This document shows, piece after piece, positions 19,224-27,209 of a stretch of 40,750 nt of DNA. This DNA is from Verrucomicrobiaceae bacterium. GTDB taxonomy: Bacteria > Verrucomicrobiota > Verrucomicrobiia > Verrucomicrobiales > DEV007. How positions within the stretch are numbered: position 1 is the first letter of the stretch; each line of letters begins with the position of its first letter. The notes under the pieces were generated by a model, which did not search any database, had not been told where the DNA came from, and saw nothing but the letters and a program-made list of their open reading frames with translations. The position numbers were made by a program, and so were the translations under genes. The stretch covers positions 1 to 40,750 of the forward strand of contig JAAYAT010000359.1 in assembly GCA_012719225.1 (NCBI GenBank), in the 5' to 3' direction.

Positions 19224-20390
19224 TCAATGAGCGTGACAGAACTCCTCGAAGCGGTCGAGACCCTTTTTGATGACATCGAGGCTGGTGGCGTAGCTGAGAC
19301 GCACCGACATGTCGTGTCCGAAGGCGATGCCGGGGACGGCGGCGACCTGGTAGCGGGAGAGCAATTTTTCGCTGAGGTTCAACGAAGTGAGTCCCATCTT
19401 GGTGGTGTCGACGAGGAAGTAGAAGGCCCCGTCGGGTTCGACCACTTCGATGTTGTTGATCTTCTGCAGGCGGCTCAGCATGTACTGGCGGCGCATGTCG
19501 TACTCCTCCACCATGTCGTTGACGAAGGTCTGCGGTCCCTGGAGGGCGGCGATGGCGCCGTACTGGGCGAAGGTGCAGGGGTTGGAGGTGGTGTGGCCCT
19601 GGATCGTGTCGATCGCGTCGGCGATCTCCTGGGGCGCGGCGGTGTAGCCGAGACGCCAACCGGTCATGGAGAAAACCTTGCTGAACCCGTTGATGGTGAT
19701 GGTGAGGTTCTTGGCTGCTTCGTTGATCGAGGCGGTGCTGATGTGCTTTTTGCCGTTGTAGACGAGTTTTTCGTAGATCTCGTCGGAGAGAATGAGGATG
19801 TCCTCCGAGGCGGCCACTTCGACGATGGCTTCCAGTTCGGCCTTGGTGTAGACGGCGCCGGTCGGGTTGTTCGGGCTGTTGAGGATGAGCATGCGGGTGC
19901 GCCCGCTGATGGCGTCTTCGAACTCTTCGGCGGTGAACTTCCATTTGTTCTCCCGCTTGGTTTCCACGATGTAGGGATCCGCGCCGACGAGGCGGACCAT
20001 GTCGGGATAGCTGGTCCAATAGGGGGAGGGGATGATGACTTCGTCACCGGGATCGCAGGAGGCGAGAATCGCGTTGTAGCAGGAGTGCTTCGCGCCGCAG
20101 TTCACCGAGATCTGGCTGGGGGAATATTCGATTTCGTTCTCCAGGAGGAGTTTTTCCGCGATGGCCTGTTTCAATTCGGGAATCCCGGTGGCGGCGGTGT
20201 ATTTGGTTTTCCCGGCGAGGAGCGCTTCGATCGCGGCATCCTTGATGTGCTGGGGGGTGTCCATGTCCGGCTCACCGGCCCCGAAGCTGGCGATGTCCTG
20301 GCCCTCGGCCTGCATCTTTTTCGCCGTCGCGGTGATGGCGAGGGTCTGGGAAGGGGCGATTTGGGAAAATTTTTCGGCAATGAAACTCAT
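19224..20390 (-). CDS. aspC: Class I PLP-dependent aminotransferase (aspartate aminotransferase-like)
   Basis: GAGEPD, NSPNNPTG, SDEIY and NGFSK.FSMTGWRLGY motifs. Start MSFIAEK at 20390. Confidence 0.9.
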   Translation of the reverse strand: MSFIAEKFSQIAPSQTLAITATAKKMQAEGQDIASFGAGEPDMDTPQHIKDAAIEALLAGKTKYTAATGIPELKQAIAEKLLLENEIEYSPSQISVNCGAKHSCYNAILASCDPGDEVIIPSPYWTSYPDMVRLVGADPYIVETKRENKWKFTAEEFEDAISGRTRMLILNSPNNPTGAVYTKAELEAIVEVAASEDILILSDEIYEKLVYNGKKHISTASINEAAKNLTITINGFSKVFSMTGWRLGYTAAPQEIADAIDTIQGHTTSNPCTFAQYGAIAALQGPQTFVNDMVEEYDMRRQYMLSRLQKINNIEVVEPDGAFYFLVDTTKMGLTSLNLSEKLLSRYQVAAVPGIAFGHDMSVRLSYATSLDVIKKGLDRFEEFCHAH

Positions 20391-20432
20391 GTCTGGTGGG
20401 ATGCTTTGGGGGATTCCGACCCGGACACCTGC

Positions 20433-20571
20433 AAACCCTCCCCGCCGACATGTTTCCCATGAGGCACGGAGCGCGTCGCAGAACCTCGGGCCCTTCACGA
20501 TACAACTCTCCCGCACTGACGGGGATTTGGTGATGGCTCGACCGCAACTCCGTGAACAATGCGGATGGTTT
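20433..20571 (-). ncRNA. Candidate structured RNA (long imperfect rod-like hairpin), family unassigned
   Basis: Nested complementary segments AAACC/GGTTT, CACGGAG/CTCCGTG, GTCG/CGAC, TCAC/GTGA and CCCG/CGGG in the aspC-holA divergent intergenic region. Confidence 0.35.
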
Positions 20572-20701
20572 TCCTAACCGATCTGAGACCAGATTCAAGC
20601 GAAATGCACCGGAACGGATAATTTGTCGGGCGGGCTTGGATTTCCGCCCGCGTTTTCCAGGCTTGCGGATCGATTCCGCCCGTCGTATTTCTCCGGTGCT
20701 C

Positions 20702-21799
20702 ATGGCAATCAATCCGAACATTTTCGCCTTCTTCGGCACCGACGAAGGGGTCGTCAAAGAGGCGGCGACCCGGCTGTCGGAAAAGATCGCACCGTCCGAC
20801 CGCGAGTTCGGCCTCGAGATCATCAACGGCGGAGCCGACAACGCCGAACACGCCGTGCAGATCGTCTCGCGCACCATCGAAGCGATCCAGACGCTGCCCT
20901 TTTTCGGAGGGGACAAGCTCGTCTGGCTGCAGGGGGTGAATTTTTTCGCCGACAACCAGACCGGCAAGGCCGAGAGCACTCTCGCGGCGGTGGAGCGGCT
21001 CGTCGATCTCCTCTCCTCGCACCTCCCGCCGGACGTGCGAGTGATCCTCAGCGCTGGCGCGGTCGACAAGCGGCGCGCTTTTTTCAAGGCGCTGAAGAAA
21101 TGCGCCAAGGTGGAGATTTACGACAAGCTCGAGACGAGCAAAGCCGGCTGGGAGGCCAACATGATGTCGCACGTCTCGGACCGGGCGAAGGCTCTCGGGC
21201 TGGAATTCGAACGGGGCGCGCTGGAGAGGTTCGTCCTGCTGGTCGGGTCGGATACCCGGGTCATCGACAGCGAACTGGAAAAAATCTTCCTCTACACCGG
21301 AGGACGTCCGGTCCGGGAGGACGAGATCGGCCGCATCGTCTCGGTGAGTCACGCCGGCGTCATCTTCGAAATCGGCGACACCATCGCCAAGCGGGATCTT
21401 CCGCGCAGCCTCACCCTGATCGACGAGCAGTTGCGGCGGGGGGAAAGCGCCATCGGGATCCTCCTCGCCTCCATCGTCCCGAAAATTCGCGGCCTCCTCC
21501 ACGCCCGCGACCTCGTCGAGAACCGCGGCATCCGGGAGCGCTACTACGACGGCTTCAAAAAGGCTCTCGCCAGGCTGCCCGAATCCGAGACCGCCCATAT
21601 CCTGAAAAACAAGGAGGGGGCTATCAACGCCTATCCCCTGTTCCTCGCCACCCAGGGGTCGAGCCGGTTCTCGGTGGGAGAGCTGCAGACCGCCCTGGAA
21701 GCCTGCCTCGAGGCCAACCTCCGCCTCGTCACCACCGCGCTCGACCACCGTCTCGTCCTCCATCAGCTCGTCACCCGCATCCTCACCCGCCCGAGCTGA
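20702..21799 (+). CDS. holA: DNA polymerase III delta subunit
   Basis: FFGTDE, TLPFFGG.KLV, ELEKIFLY and IFEI.D.I motifs typical of HolA. ATG at 20702. Confidence 0.88.
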   Translation: MAINPNIFAFFGTDEGVVKEAATRLSEKIAPSDREFGLEIINGGADNAEHAVQIVSRTIEAIQTLPFFGGDKLVWLQGVNFFADNQTGKAESTLAAVERLVDLLSSHLPPDVRVILSAGAVDKRRAFFKALKKCAKVEIYDKLETSKAGWEANMMSHVSDRAKALGLEFERGALERFVLLVGSDTRVIDSELEKIFLYTGGRPVREDEIGRIVSVSHAGVIFEIGDTIAKRDLPRSLTLIDEQLRRGESAIGILLASIVPKIRGLLHARDLVENRGIRERYYDGFKKALARLPESETAHILKNKEGAINAYPLFLATQGSSRFSVGELQTALEACLEANLRLVTTALDHRLVLHQLVTRILTRPS

Positions 21800-21850
21800 G
21801 AGTCCTTTCCCTCCGCTTCGCCGCTTTTCCCCTGTCCCCTCCTTCCCTTC

Positions 21851-22216
21851 ATGAAACCATTTCTTCTTCCGCTCGGCATCGGGCTCTTCGCCGGCATCAT
21901 GGCCGGTCTCTGCGGGGTGGGCGGCGGCATCGTCATGGTGCCCGCCTTCGTCTATCTGTTGGGAATGGAGCAGAAAGCCGCGATCGCCACGAGCATGGCG
22001 GTAATCGTGCCGACCTCCCTGATCGCGATCGCACGGTTCCAGCAGACGGGACTGGTGCAGTGGAACATTTTCTGGCCCACCGCCATCGGTGCCATCGCCG
22101 CCGCGTATTTCGCAACGGGCTGGGTGCGCAAACTGAGCAACGATCAGCTCACGAAGATCTTCGCGGTCTTGATGATCCTCGTCGGGATCAGCATGCTTTT
22201 CAAAAAGGCGGCGTGA
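21851..22216 (+). CDS. TauE/SafE (sulfite exporter, TSUP) family protein, half-size
   Basis: GLFAGIMAGLCGVGGGIVMVP and AIATS motifs. 121 aa, about four TMs. Confidence 0.85.
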   Translation: MKPFLLPLGIGLFAGIMAGLCGVGGGIVMVPAFVYLLGMEQKAAIATSMAVIVPTSLIAIARFQQTGLVQWNIFWPTAIGAIAAAYFATGWVRKLSNDQLTKIFAVLMILVGISMLFKKAA

Positions 22217-22372
22217 TCCAGGAGACTGCGCGGGAGCTTTTCACTTCACCACGGTGCCTTCCGTGGGGGCGACGCCCTGCCATTCGATTCCCTTGAGACC
22301 CCGGCTGTTGTCGGTCTCGTTGCTTTCTGAAGATTCGCCGAACGAGAAAAATCGTGATAGGATCGCCACCTG

Positions 22373-24385
22373 ATGGGATGGCGGCATTCATTCGCCCTGT
22401 GGCTTTTTTTCCTGATGATACCGGCGGGGCTCGAGGCTTTTGATCCGCCCGTCTCGGTGCGCCCGCTCCGCAGCATCGCGGATATCCGGAAGATGACCTA
22501 CGAGGAGTCGCGCCTGGCCCCGCCGGTCTCTCTCCGCGTCACCGTGATCTCCCACCTCGCCGACGGATTCGACGGACAGGATGGTTCCGGAGGGCTCTTT
22601 TTCGAGATGCCGCCCGACGAGTTGCCGCACATCGGGGACGATCTCACCATCGAAGGCAATGTCACCGGCGGCTTCTACGGTCCCTACGTGATCATCGACC
22701 GGATCACCAAAAACGGTTCCAAATCGCCGCCGCGACCACTCCATTTCCGACCCGACTTCGTCCAGACGGGACTCGGTGACAACCGCTGGATCGAGCTCGA
22801 GGGGCTCCTCGTCGACGTGCGTTTCGAAGAGGGGAAACGCCTCGGATCGGGGCTGCTCGTCACCGGGCAGAGCGATCTCGTGATCCGCTTCCGCAACGCC
22901 AACGAAGACTTCGACATCGTGCGGGTCGAAAAGGCGGTCGGATCGTGGGTGCGGTTGCACGGGAGTGGCGCCCCGCTTTTCAATGACCAGCGCCAGCGCA
23001 TCGGGTCCGACATCATCTGCTCGCGTCATCAGTTTGTCGAAGTCATCGAAAAGACGGAAGAATCCGAACCCGTCCCTCTCGATGAGATCGGACGATGGGA
23101 TTCCAGCCGGACCCGCCAGGCGCTCGTCGAGACCAGCGGGACCGTTACCCTCGTCGAGGGACCCTCCACGTTCGTGGTCCAGTCCGGTCCCTACGGAGCG
23201 CGGATCAACACCCTCTCCGCCGTCAACGTGGTCGTGGGAGACCGCGTCAATCTTACGGGCCTGGCCGAGACGGAAGGGTATTTCGTCGGGCTGCGCTACG
23301 CCAAGCTCTCGCTGGCCGACGGTCCCGGAGACCAGATCGCGAACATCCCCGATGCCGAGCCGCTCTCCCGCGAACACGCTTTCCAACTCGTCACCCTCAC
23401 CGGGAAGCTCATCGAAAAAGGCCGCAATCTCATCAATCTACAGGTCAACGAAGCACTCGTGCCGGTGAACATGCCCGTGAACGTCAGTGCGGCCCTGCCG
23501 CCCGAGGGCAGCGAACTCAGCGTCTGCGGGGTCAAGCTCGTCGAGGCCGACGAGCGCGGGGAGGTGCGCTCGGTGGTCATCGCGGTGCGGGACCGGGCCG
23601 ACATCGACGTGCTCGCGGTGCCTTCGTGGTGGACGCCGACTCGTTACTGGATGGCGATCCTGATCCTCGCTGCCGGTGCCCTGCTCTTCCTCACCGGGCT
23701 CCTCGCCCTGAACCGGCGGGTGAAAAAGCAGACCACCCTGATCAAGGAACAGATCGAATCCAATGCCACCTTGGAAGAGCGCAACCGCATCGCGCGGGAG
23801 TTGCACGACACCCTCTCGCAGGGATTCTCCGGGGTCGGTTACCAACTCGCCTCCGTCTCGAATCACCTCGCCGGAGATCCTGACAAAGCGAGAGAAAAAC
23901 TCGACGCGGCGCGGGAGATGGTCGAGCACAGCCTCGCCGAGGCGCGGGAATCGCTCATCGGACTGCGGGTGCCGGTGGGAGCGGAAACGCTCGATTTTCC
24001 CAACGCCACCCTCGCGGCCGCGAAGACGAGATGCGAGGAGGCCGAGGTCCGTTTCGAATCCGAACGCGAGGGATGGCAGGAAGGGGCGCACCTGCCGCCC
24101 GAGACGGCCTACGCCTGCCACCGCATCGTTCTCGAAGCGGTCACCAACGCCCTGCGTCACAGCGGCGCGGAGCGCATCCGGGTGGTGCTGGCGGGCGCAT
24201 CGGACGGCGCCCGCATCACCATCGAGGACAACGGTCGCGGATTTTCCACCTCCGCCCGCGCCCCCGAGGGGCACTTCGGACTCCAGGGAATGCGCGAAAG
24301 AGCGCAGCAACTGGGGGCCGCCCTCGCGGTGCGGTCCGCTCCCGGCGAGGGGACCGCGATTGAACTGAGCCTGAATCTTTCATGA
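22373..24385 (+). CDS. Sensor histidine kinase (HisKA_3/NarX-type) with large extracytoplasmic repeat region
   Basis: EERNRIARELHDTLSQ H-box, EAVTNALRHS, EDNGRGF and GHFGLQGMRERA. TM helix at PSWWT...WMAILIL. Confidence 0.92.
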   Translation: MGWRHSFALWLFFLMIPAGLEAFDPPVSVRPLRSIADIRKMTYEESRLAPPVSLRVTVISHLADGFDGQDGSGGLFFEMPPDELPHIGDDLTIEGNVTGGFYGPYVIIDRITKNGSKSPPRPLHFRPDFVQTGLGDNRWIELEGLLVDVRFEEGKRLGSGLLVTGQSDLVIRFRNANEDFDIVRVEKAVGSWVRLHGSGAPLFNDQRQRIGSDIICSRHQFVEVIEKTEESEPVPLDEIGRWDSSRTRQALVETSGTVTLVEGPSTFVVQSGPYGARINTLSAVNVVVGDRVNLTGLAETEGYFVGLRYAKLSLADGPGDQIANIPDAEPLSREHAFQLVTLTGKLIEKGRNLINLQVNEALVPVNMPVNVSAALPPEGSELSVCGVKLVEADERGEVRSVVIAVRDRADIDVLAVPSWWTPTRYWMAILILAAGALLFLTGLLALNRRVKKQTTLIKEQIESNATLEERNRIARELHDTLSQGFSGVGYQLASVSNHLAGDPDKAREKLDAAREMVEHSLAEARESLIGLRVPVGAETLDFPNATLAAAKTRCEEAEVRFESEREGWQEGAHLPPETAYACHRIVLEAVTNALRHSGAERIRVVLAGASDGARITIEDNGRGFSTSARAPEGHFGLQGMRERAQQLGAALAVRSAPGEGTAIELSLNLS

Positions 24386-25014
24386 GTACATCCACCCCCA
24401 TCTTATCCGTCATGCTCGTCGACGATCATCTCATCGTGCGGCGCGGCCTTGCCAGTCTCATCAGCGATGAACCCGACCTCAGCGTCGTCGCCGAAGCCGG
24501 GAGCGGCGAGGAGGCCATCTCCCTCGCTTCGGTCCATCGGCCCGACGTCATCGTCCTCGATCTCCGTCTCCGCGACATGAGCGGAATCGACGTGGCCGAG
24601 GCGCTCCGCGGTCACAAAATCCTGATGCTGTCCAGTTTCATGCAGGAGGAAGATGTCCGCCGCGTCTTCGACGCCGGGATCTACGGCTATCTCTCGAAGG
24701 ACAAGGACAGCGCGGAACTCCTCAAGGCGATCCGCTCCGTAGGTCAGGGGAACCGCTACCTGCCGCCGGAGATTTCCCTGCTCCTCGCCAAGAGCGAACA
24801 CAGCAGCCACCTCACCGCGCGCGAACTCGAGATCCTGAAACTGATCGCCGAGGGCCGGGCCAACAAACAGATCGGGGAAATCCTGACTTTGTCCGAAAAC
24901 ACGGTGAAGAATCACGTCAAATCCATCCTCGCCAAGCTCAACGCCAAGGACCGCACTCACGCCGTCACCGAGGCGCTGAAGCGGGGGCTTTTCCAGTTGG
25001 GGCGGGGGACCTGA
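24382..25014 (+). CDS. NarL/LuxR-family response regulator
   Basis: LVDDH..VR.GL, PDVIVLDL and LTARELEIL..IAEG..NKQI..L.LSENTVKNH. 4-nt overlap with the kinase. Confidence 0.95.
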   Translation: MSTSTPILSVMLVDDHLIVRRGLASLISDEPDLSVVAEAGSGEEAISLASVHRPDVIVLDLRLRDMSGIDVAEALRGHKILMLSSFMQEEDVRRVFDAGIYGYLSKDKDSAELLKAIRSVGQGNRYLPPEISLLLAKSEHSSHLTARELEILKLIAEGRANKQIGEILTLSENTVKNHVKSILAKLNAKDRTHAVTEALKRGLFQLGRGT

Positions 25015-25111
25015 CCGAACGGCAAGGTAATAATTTCCCTGTCCCTTCTTCGCCTTCCGTGCGGTTCAAATCATCGTTGGCGTGTGGGCTGATATCGGCT
25101 ACCCTTCTCTC

Positions 25112-25321
25112 ATGGCACAAGTTGCAGAATTGCTCAAAGAGGCATCCAAGCTTGATCCGCTTGATCGCGCAGAGTTGATTTCGTCGCTCCTTGAAGACCT
25201 TGGTTCTAGCCCTCATTACGTGAGTGATGAGGAAGCTTTACGGCGCCTACAGGAATTGAAGTCCGGCACAATCAAGGAACTGTCTGAAGAGGAGTTTTGG
25301 AAGGCTTGCGGACGCTCATAG
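25112..25321 (+). CDS. Addiction-module antitoxin (TIGR02574 type)
   Basis: EASKLDPLDRAELISSLLEDL...EEALRRLQELKSG pattern, directly upstream of a ParE/RelE gene. Confidence 0.8.
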   Translation: MAQVAELLKEASKLDPLDRAELISSLLEDLGSSPHYVSDEEALRRLQELKSGTIKELSEEEFWKACGRS

Positions 25322-25325
25322 GCTA

Positions 25326-25619
25326 ATGCAGGTCATCCGACATCCCCAGCTTGCCGAGGATATCCGGGATGCAGCGGGGCATTACGCAGAGATTTCAGAA
25401 CGAATTCTTTCCGCTTTCTGGAGCGAATTGGATTCGGTGTTTGCCTCGGTTGAAAAGAATCCGAGAAGCCATCATTTTGACTCGTGCGGCCTTCGCCGGG
25501 CGAATTTTCGGAAATTTCCATATCACTTGCTTTATGAAGTTAGCGATGATGCCATTTTTCTGGTGGTGCTCAGACATGATAAGCGGCATCCGAATTATGG
25601 AATCGACCGTCACACATAA
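25326..25619 (+). CDS. Type II toxin, ParE/RelE family
   Basis: HP.LAEDIRDA..HY, RR..FRKFPYHLLY and H.KRHP.Y motifs. 97 aa. Confidence 0.85.
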   Translation: MQVIRHPQLAEDIRDAAGHYAEISERILSAFWSELDSVFASVEKNPRSHHFDSCGLRRANFRKFPYHLLYEVSDDAIFLVVLRHDKRHPNYGIDRHT

Positions 25620-25684
25620 CCAACAAGCCGAGCAATTGGCGTTCATTCCTCTTGTAACGAAAAGGGAAGTTTGATACTGCACTC

Positions 25685-25699
25685 ATGCCAAACAGGCAT
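25685..25699. promoter_or_regulatory. LysR-type recognition box (T-N11-A inverted repeat)
   Basis: ATGCC-AAACA-GGCAT perfect inverted repeat ending 3 nt before the LysR start codon. Confidence 0.55.
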
Positions 25700-25701
25700 T
25701 C

Positions 25702-26601
25702 ATGGATCTCAGGCATTTGCGATATTTTCAGGCCGTGGCGGAGGAGCTGAGCTACTCCCGGGCGGCGCGGCGGCTCCACATCGCCCAGCCCGCGCTCAGC
25801 CGTGCGGTGCAGGAGTTGGAGGAGGAACTGGGTGTCCTCCTGATCGACCGTAAGCGCCGCACGATACGCCTCACCCCCGGCGGCGAGGTCCTTCAGCGCG
25901 AGACGGGGCGGATTTTCGAGAATCTCGACGACACCCGGCGCAAAGTGCGTCGGACCGCTTCGGGGGATGTCGGGGAGCTGCGCCTCGGCTACATCGGTCC
26001 TCCGACGCGGTTCTTTCTCGGCCCACTCCTGAAGCGCTACCATCAGATCTACCCGCGGGTCACCATCGTGTTGGAAGAGCGCACCCCGGAGCGGGTTTGG
26101 GAAATGGTCTCCAAGGGACGGCTCTCCGTCGGGTTGACCCGTCCGGTCCTCGCCCACGAGGCACTCGGTTTGCAGTCGCTCCTGCTGCACGAGGAGAAAC
26201 TCTGTGCGGCGGTGCCGGTGGATCATCCCTACGCGGAAAAGGCGGTGATCCCCTGGTCGTCGCTCGCCGACGAGCCCATCGTGCTGCTCGCCCGGCGCGA
26301 GGGAGCGGGTTCCCACGACACCATCTTGGCGGCTTGTGCCAAGGCGGGGTTCGCTCCGCGGATCGCCCACACCCCGAGCGTGATCGGCACGATCCTGCGG
26401 TACGTCGAAGCGGGTTCCGGCATCGGCATCGTGCCCGAGAGCGTCGCCCCGGAGACCGACGACGTGCGGCTCGTTCCCCTGAAACCCGTGGAGAAAATTC
26501 CCCTCGTGATGGTCTGGTCGCGCGAGGGCGACGACCCCGCCGTGAGCGCCTTTCGCGCCCTCGTCGCCGAGTGGTTGGAAGCGGAAAAAGACGCGGACTA
26601 A
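25702..26601 (+). CDS. LysR-family transcriptional regulator
   Basis: MDLRHLRYFQAVAEELSYSRAARRLHIAQPALSR HTH plus substrate-binding domain. Confidence 0.96.
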   Translation: MDLRHLRYFQAVAEELSYSRAARRLHIAQPALSRAVQELEEELGVLLIDRKRRTIRLTPGGEVLQRETGRIFENLDDTRRKVRRTASGDVGELRLGYIGPPTRFFLGPLLKRYHQIYPRVTIVLEERTPERVWEMVSKGRLSVGLTRPVLAHEALGLQSLLLHEEKLCAAVPVDHPYAEKAVIPWSSLADEPIVLLARREGAGSHDTILAACAKAGFAPRIAHTPSVIGTILRYVEAGSGIGIVPESVAPETDDVRLVPLKPVEKIPLVMVWSREGDDPAVSAFRALVAEWLEAEKDAD

Positions 26602-27059
26602 TGTCCGCCCCGGCGGAGCCTTCCCCCCGCGAGGATTTTCGCCCGGAGTCCGCCTTTTCCCGAGAGGGACTCGACGGCGCCCTCGCCGAAGGCCTCCTCC
26701 ATCCAGAAGCAGGGTTTGGACTCTTCCGTCCCCAAAAAGCGCAGCCCCTGGATTTCGAATTCCCGGCCGATCAGCGCGTTGAGGTCCTGCCCTTCGACGA
26801 TGACATTCCGCCGGTAGCAGTCCGGGCCTCTCTTTGAAGCGGGGAATTGCGCGCAGAGACGGCGGTGGGTCTCGATTTCGAAAAAGGTGATCTGACCTTT
26901 GTAATCGGGCTTGTGATCGAAGTAGCGGTCTCCCCGGATTCCGCTCCCGGCGACGCATTCGATTTCCTCGACCTCGACGATGGGAGTCGTCCCGGCCGGA
27001 CCGCCGTAATGCCCGACGTAGATGTGGGCGGGCGAGACGAATAGATGCAGAATCTTCAC
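26598..27059 (-). CDS. MOSC domain protein (Moco sulfurase C-terminal)
   Basis: [25 protein letters not shown] and [10 protein letters not shown] motifs. GTG start. Confidence 0.88.
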   Translation of the reverse strand: MKILHLFVSPAHIYVGHYGGPAGTTPIVEVEEIECVAGSGIRGDRYFDHKPDYKGQITFFEIETHRRLCAQFPASKRGPDCYRRNVIVEGQDLNALIGREFEIQGLRFLGTEESKPCFWMEEAFGEGAVESLSGKGGLRAKILAGGRLRRGGH

Positions 27060-27209
27060 GAGGGGCAGCTTACACGGGAAAGAGGGTCATGGCAAAGGCC
27101 GGAGAGGGTTCGCCCGGTATCCTCGTTTCCCTTCGATTCCCCGCTGGAAATTCGCTCAGGCGTGGCTAGGGTCGGGCAGAATCGTATTCCATTCCAGCCC
27201 CCCCTTTTC

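Noticed and set aside
20505-20575. c-di-AMP (ydaO), fluoride, glycine riboswitch or SRP RNA assignment for the intergenic structure
   Set aside because: Only short fragments resemble these (CCCGTCAG, GGTGATGG, GGAGAG..GAAGG). The remaining conserved elements and their order are missing.
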